Origin: an uncultured delta proteobacterium
Lineage (GTDB): Bacteria; Desulfobacterota; Binatia; JACPRU01
NCBI GenBank assembly: GCA_963745025.1
Contig: CAVUWD010000016.1
Coordinates: 448,001 to 512,000 of the forward strand
DNA length: 64,000 bases
Direction: 5' to 3'
In this document: piece by piece, positions 62,408-64,000 of the stretch
Layout of the letters: each line of letters starts with the position of its first letter
Numbering within the stretch: the stretch's first letter is position 1
The notes under the pieces: generated by a model
Database searches by the model: none
What the model was told of the DNA's origin: nothing
What the model saw: only the letters and a program-made list of their open reading frames with translations
Program-made: the position numbers and the translations under genes

Positions 62408-63376
62408 TCAGTGCAGCAGCTCTTCGTCGGACTCGACCGGCGGTGTCTTCGTCTTCGCCTTGGCTTTCTGCTTGGCGACGAAGTCGCGGAGCTCGTCCTG
62501 CCCCTTGCGGATGTCGCCCTCGTACTTGAGAATCGTCGAAAGCGTTTCCTGCACGAGGGGCTCTTCGAGGCTCTGCACGTTGAGAAGCAGCAGTGCTCGA
62601 GCCCAGTCAAGCGTTTCACTGATCGAGGGAAGCTTCTTGAGATCGAGCTTGCGCACCGCTTGGACGGCCGCCACGACCTCTTCGGCCAGCTCTTGCTGAA
62701 TGCCGGGAACCTTCAGCCGCACGATACGCAGCTCCTGCTCGAGCGGAGGAAAATCGATGTAGAGATGGAGGCAGCGCCGCTTGAGCGCATCCGACATCTC
62801 GCGCGCGTTGTTGCTGGTGAGGACGACTCCCGGAATATGCTTGGCGCGGATCGTTCCGAGCTCCGGGACGCTCACCTGGAAATCGGACAGGACTTCGAGC
62901 AAGAACGCCTCGAATTCGGCATCCGACTTGTCGATCTCGTCGATCAAGAGCACCGAAGGCCTGTCCGAGGTGATGGCCTCGAGCAGCGGCCGAGACAGGA
63001 TGAAACGATCCGAGAAAAATACGTCTTCCTCGGCCGAGATCCGTTCCACCGCGTCCTTGAGCGTCGCCGCCCCGCGGAGGGTCTCCCCAATCTTGTCCTT
63101 CAGGATCTGAGTGTAGAGCATCTGCTTCGCGTACTCCCACTCGTAGAGAGCCTTGGCCTCGTCCAGACCCTCGTAGCACTGCAGGCGCAGCAGCTTGTGT
63201 CCAAGGGCGGCCGCCAGCACCTTGGCGAGCTCCGTCTTCCCCACCCCTGCGGGCCCTTCCACGAGAATTGGCTTCTTCAGGTGAACCGAGAGAAAGACGA
63301 CGGTCGCAATCGCCCGGCTGCAGACGTAGTTCTGCTCGCCGAATCGCTCGATGACCTCGTCGATGGATTGGAACAT
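62408..63376 (-). CDS. MoxR/CoxD-type AAA+ ATPase
   Basis: GPAGVGKT, RLQCYEGLDE, LLIDEIDK and DALKRRCL motifs. Confidence 0.93.
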   Translation of the reverse strand: MFQSIDEVIERFGEQNYVCSRAIATVVFLSVHLKKPILVEGPAGVGKTELAKVLAAALGHKLLRLQCYEGLDEAKALYEWEYAKQMLYTQILKDKIGETLRGAATLKDAVERISAEEDVFFSDRFILSRPLLEAITSDRPSVLLIDEIDKSDAEFEAFLLEVLSDFQVSVPELGTIRAKHIPGVVLTSNNAREMSDALKRRCLHLYIDFPPLEQELRIVRLKVPGIQQELAEEVVAAVQAVRKLDLKKLPSISETLDWARALLLLNVQSLEEPLVQETLSTILKYEGDIRKGQDELRDFVAKQKAKAKTKTPPVESDEELLH

Positions 63377-63551
63377 GCAAAGCGCCGGGTGCGGTGACCG
63401 AACGACCGCAACCACGAGACGATCATTGCTACCACAGGGCGACAATGAACACAATTTGGGCAGGTTCCGCAGCATCAAAGCGGCGCCAAAAAACGGCGCC
63501 AACCTTGCGCCGGGGGCTCGGGAAAGTCTAATAGGCGGGACGTATCTCCCC

Positions 63552-64000
63552 GTGTGCACGCTCGCCGTCTACGTCCGCACCTTTCCCGAATTCCCGGTCA
63601 TCGTCGCGGCCAATCGCGACGAGTTCTTCTCCCGCCCCACGTCTCCACCGCTGCTGCTCGACAGTGAGAGCGGGATCTTCGGCGGACGAGACGACGTTGC
63701 GGGCGGCACCTGGCTGGCGGTCAATCGTCTCGGCGTCGTCGCCGCGCTGCTCAATCGGCGGACCGAGCAACCCCCGGACCCAACGCGACAGTCGCGGGGA
63801 CAGCTCTGTCTGGCGATGCTGCGCGAGCCTTCGGCAGAAGCGGCTCGGGCCGCGATCACCGAGCAAACGCCGGAGCGCTACAATCCCTTCAACCTTCTCG
63901 TCGCCGATGGGCGCCATGCCTGGATCGCTACGAACCACGGAGCGGCGATGACGGTGGCTGACCTCGATCCGGGTCTGCATTTGATCACCAATCTCGACCT
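63552..64000 (+). CDS. NRDE/TANGO2 family protein, 3'-partial
   Basis: GTG-CTLAV..VAANRDEF..RPT..GGTWL..YNPFNL; not in the ORF track because it runs off the window edge. Confidence 0.9.
   Translation, partial: MCTLAVYVRTFPEFPVIVAANRDEFFSRPTSPPLLLDSESGIFGGRDDVAGGTWLAVNRLGVVAALLNRRTEQPPDPTRQSRGQLCLAMLREPSAEAARAAITEQTPERYNPFNLLVADGRHAWIATNHGAAMTVADLDPGLHLITNLD

Noticed and set aside
60974-63376. MoxR-VWA pair as a novel conflict system or CO dehydrogenase cluster
   Set aside because: A common CoxD/CoxE-type chaperone pair; no coxMSL genes or effectors nearby.

Overview
High-GC bacterial chromosome segment. Gene content resembles Deltaproteobacteria/Binatia-like lineages, but that is inference. 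Core genes sit at both ends: an AsmA/YhdP-like gene and tRNA-Asn on the left; dgt, a YfgM-like gene, DUF151, a MoxR-VWA pair and an NRDE gene on the right, around a clear XerCD dif site at 59608-59635, so the window probably lies at the replication terminus. Between them is a ~55 kb mosaic accessory region starting at tRNA-Asn. It holds an integrase remnant with duplicated att-like hairpins, catabolic enzymes, a strongly divergent B12-dependent acyl-CoA mutase operon, two copies of a ~100 bp IS630-type MITE and two tandem full-length zinc-ribbon/cyclase/STAND-ATPase/TPR genes. The most striking feature is at 40.5-54.5 kb, where nine type II toxin-antitoxin modules (five intact, four eroded) alternate with collinear scraps of the same cyclase-STAND gene family, like a cassette array that uses gene ends as spacers. 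Several ordinary genes carry single-base frameshifts that may be assembly errors.
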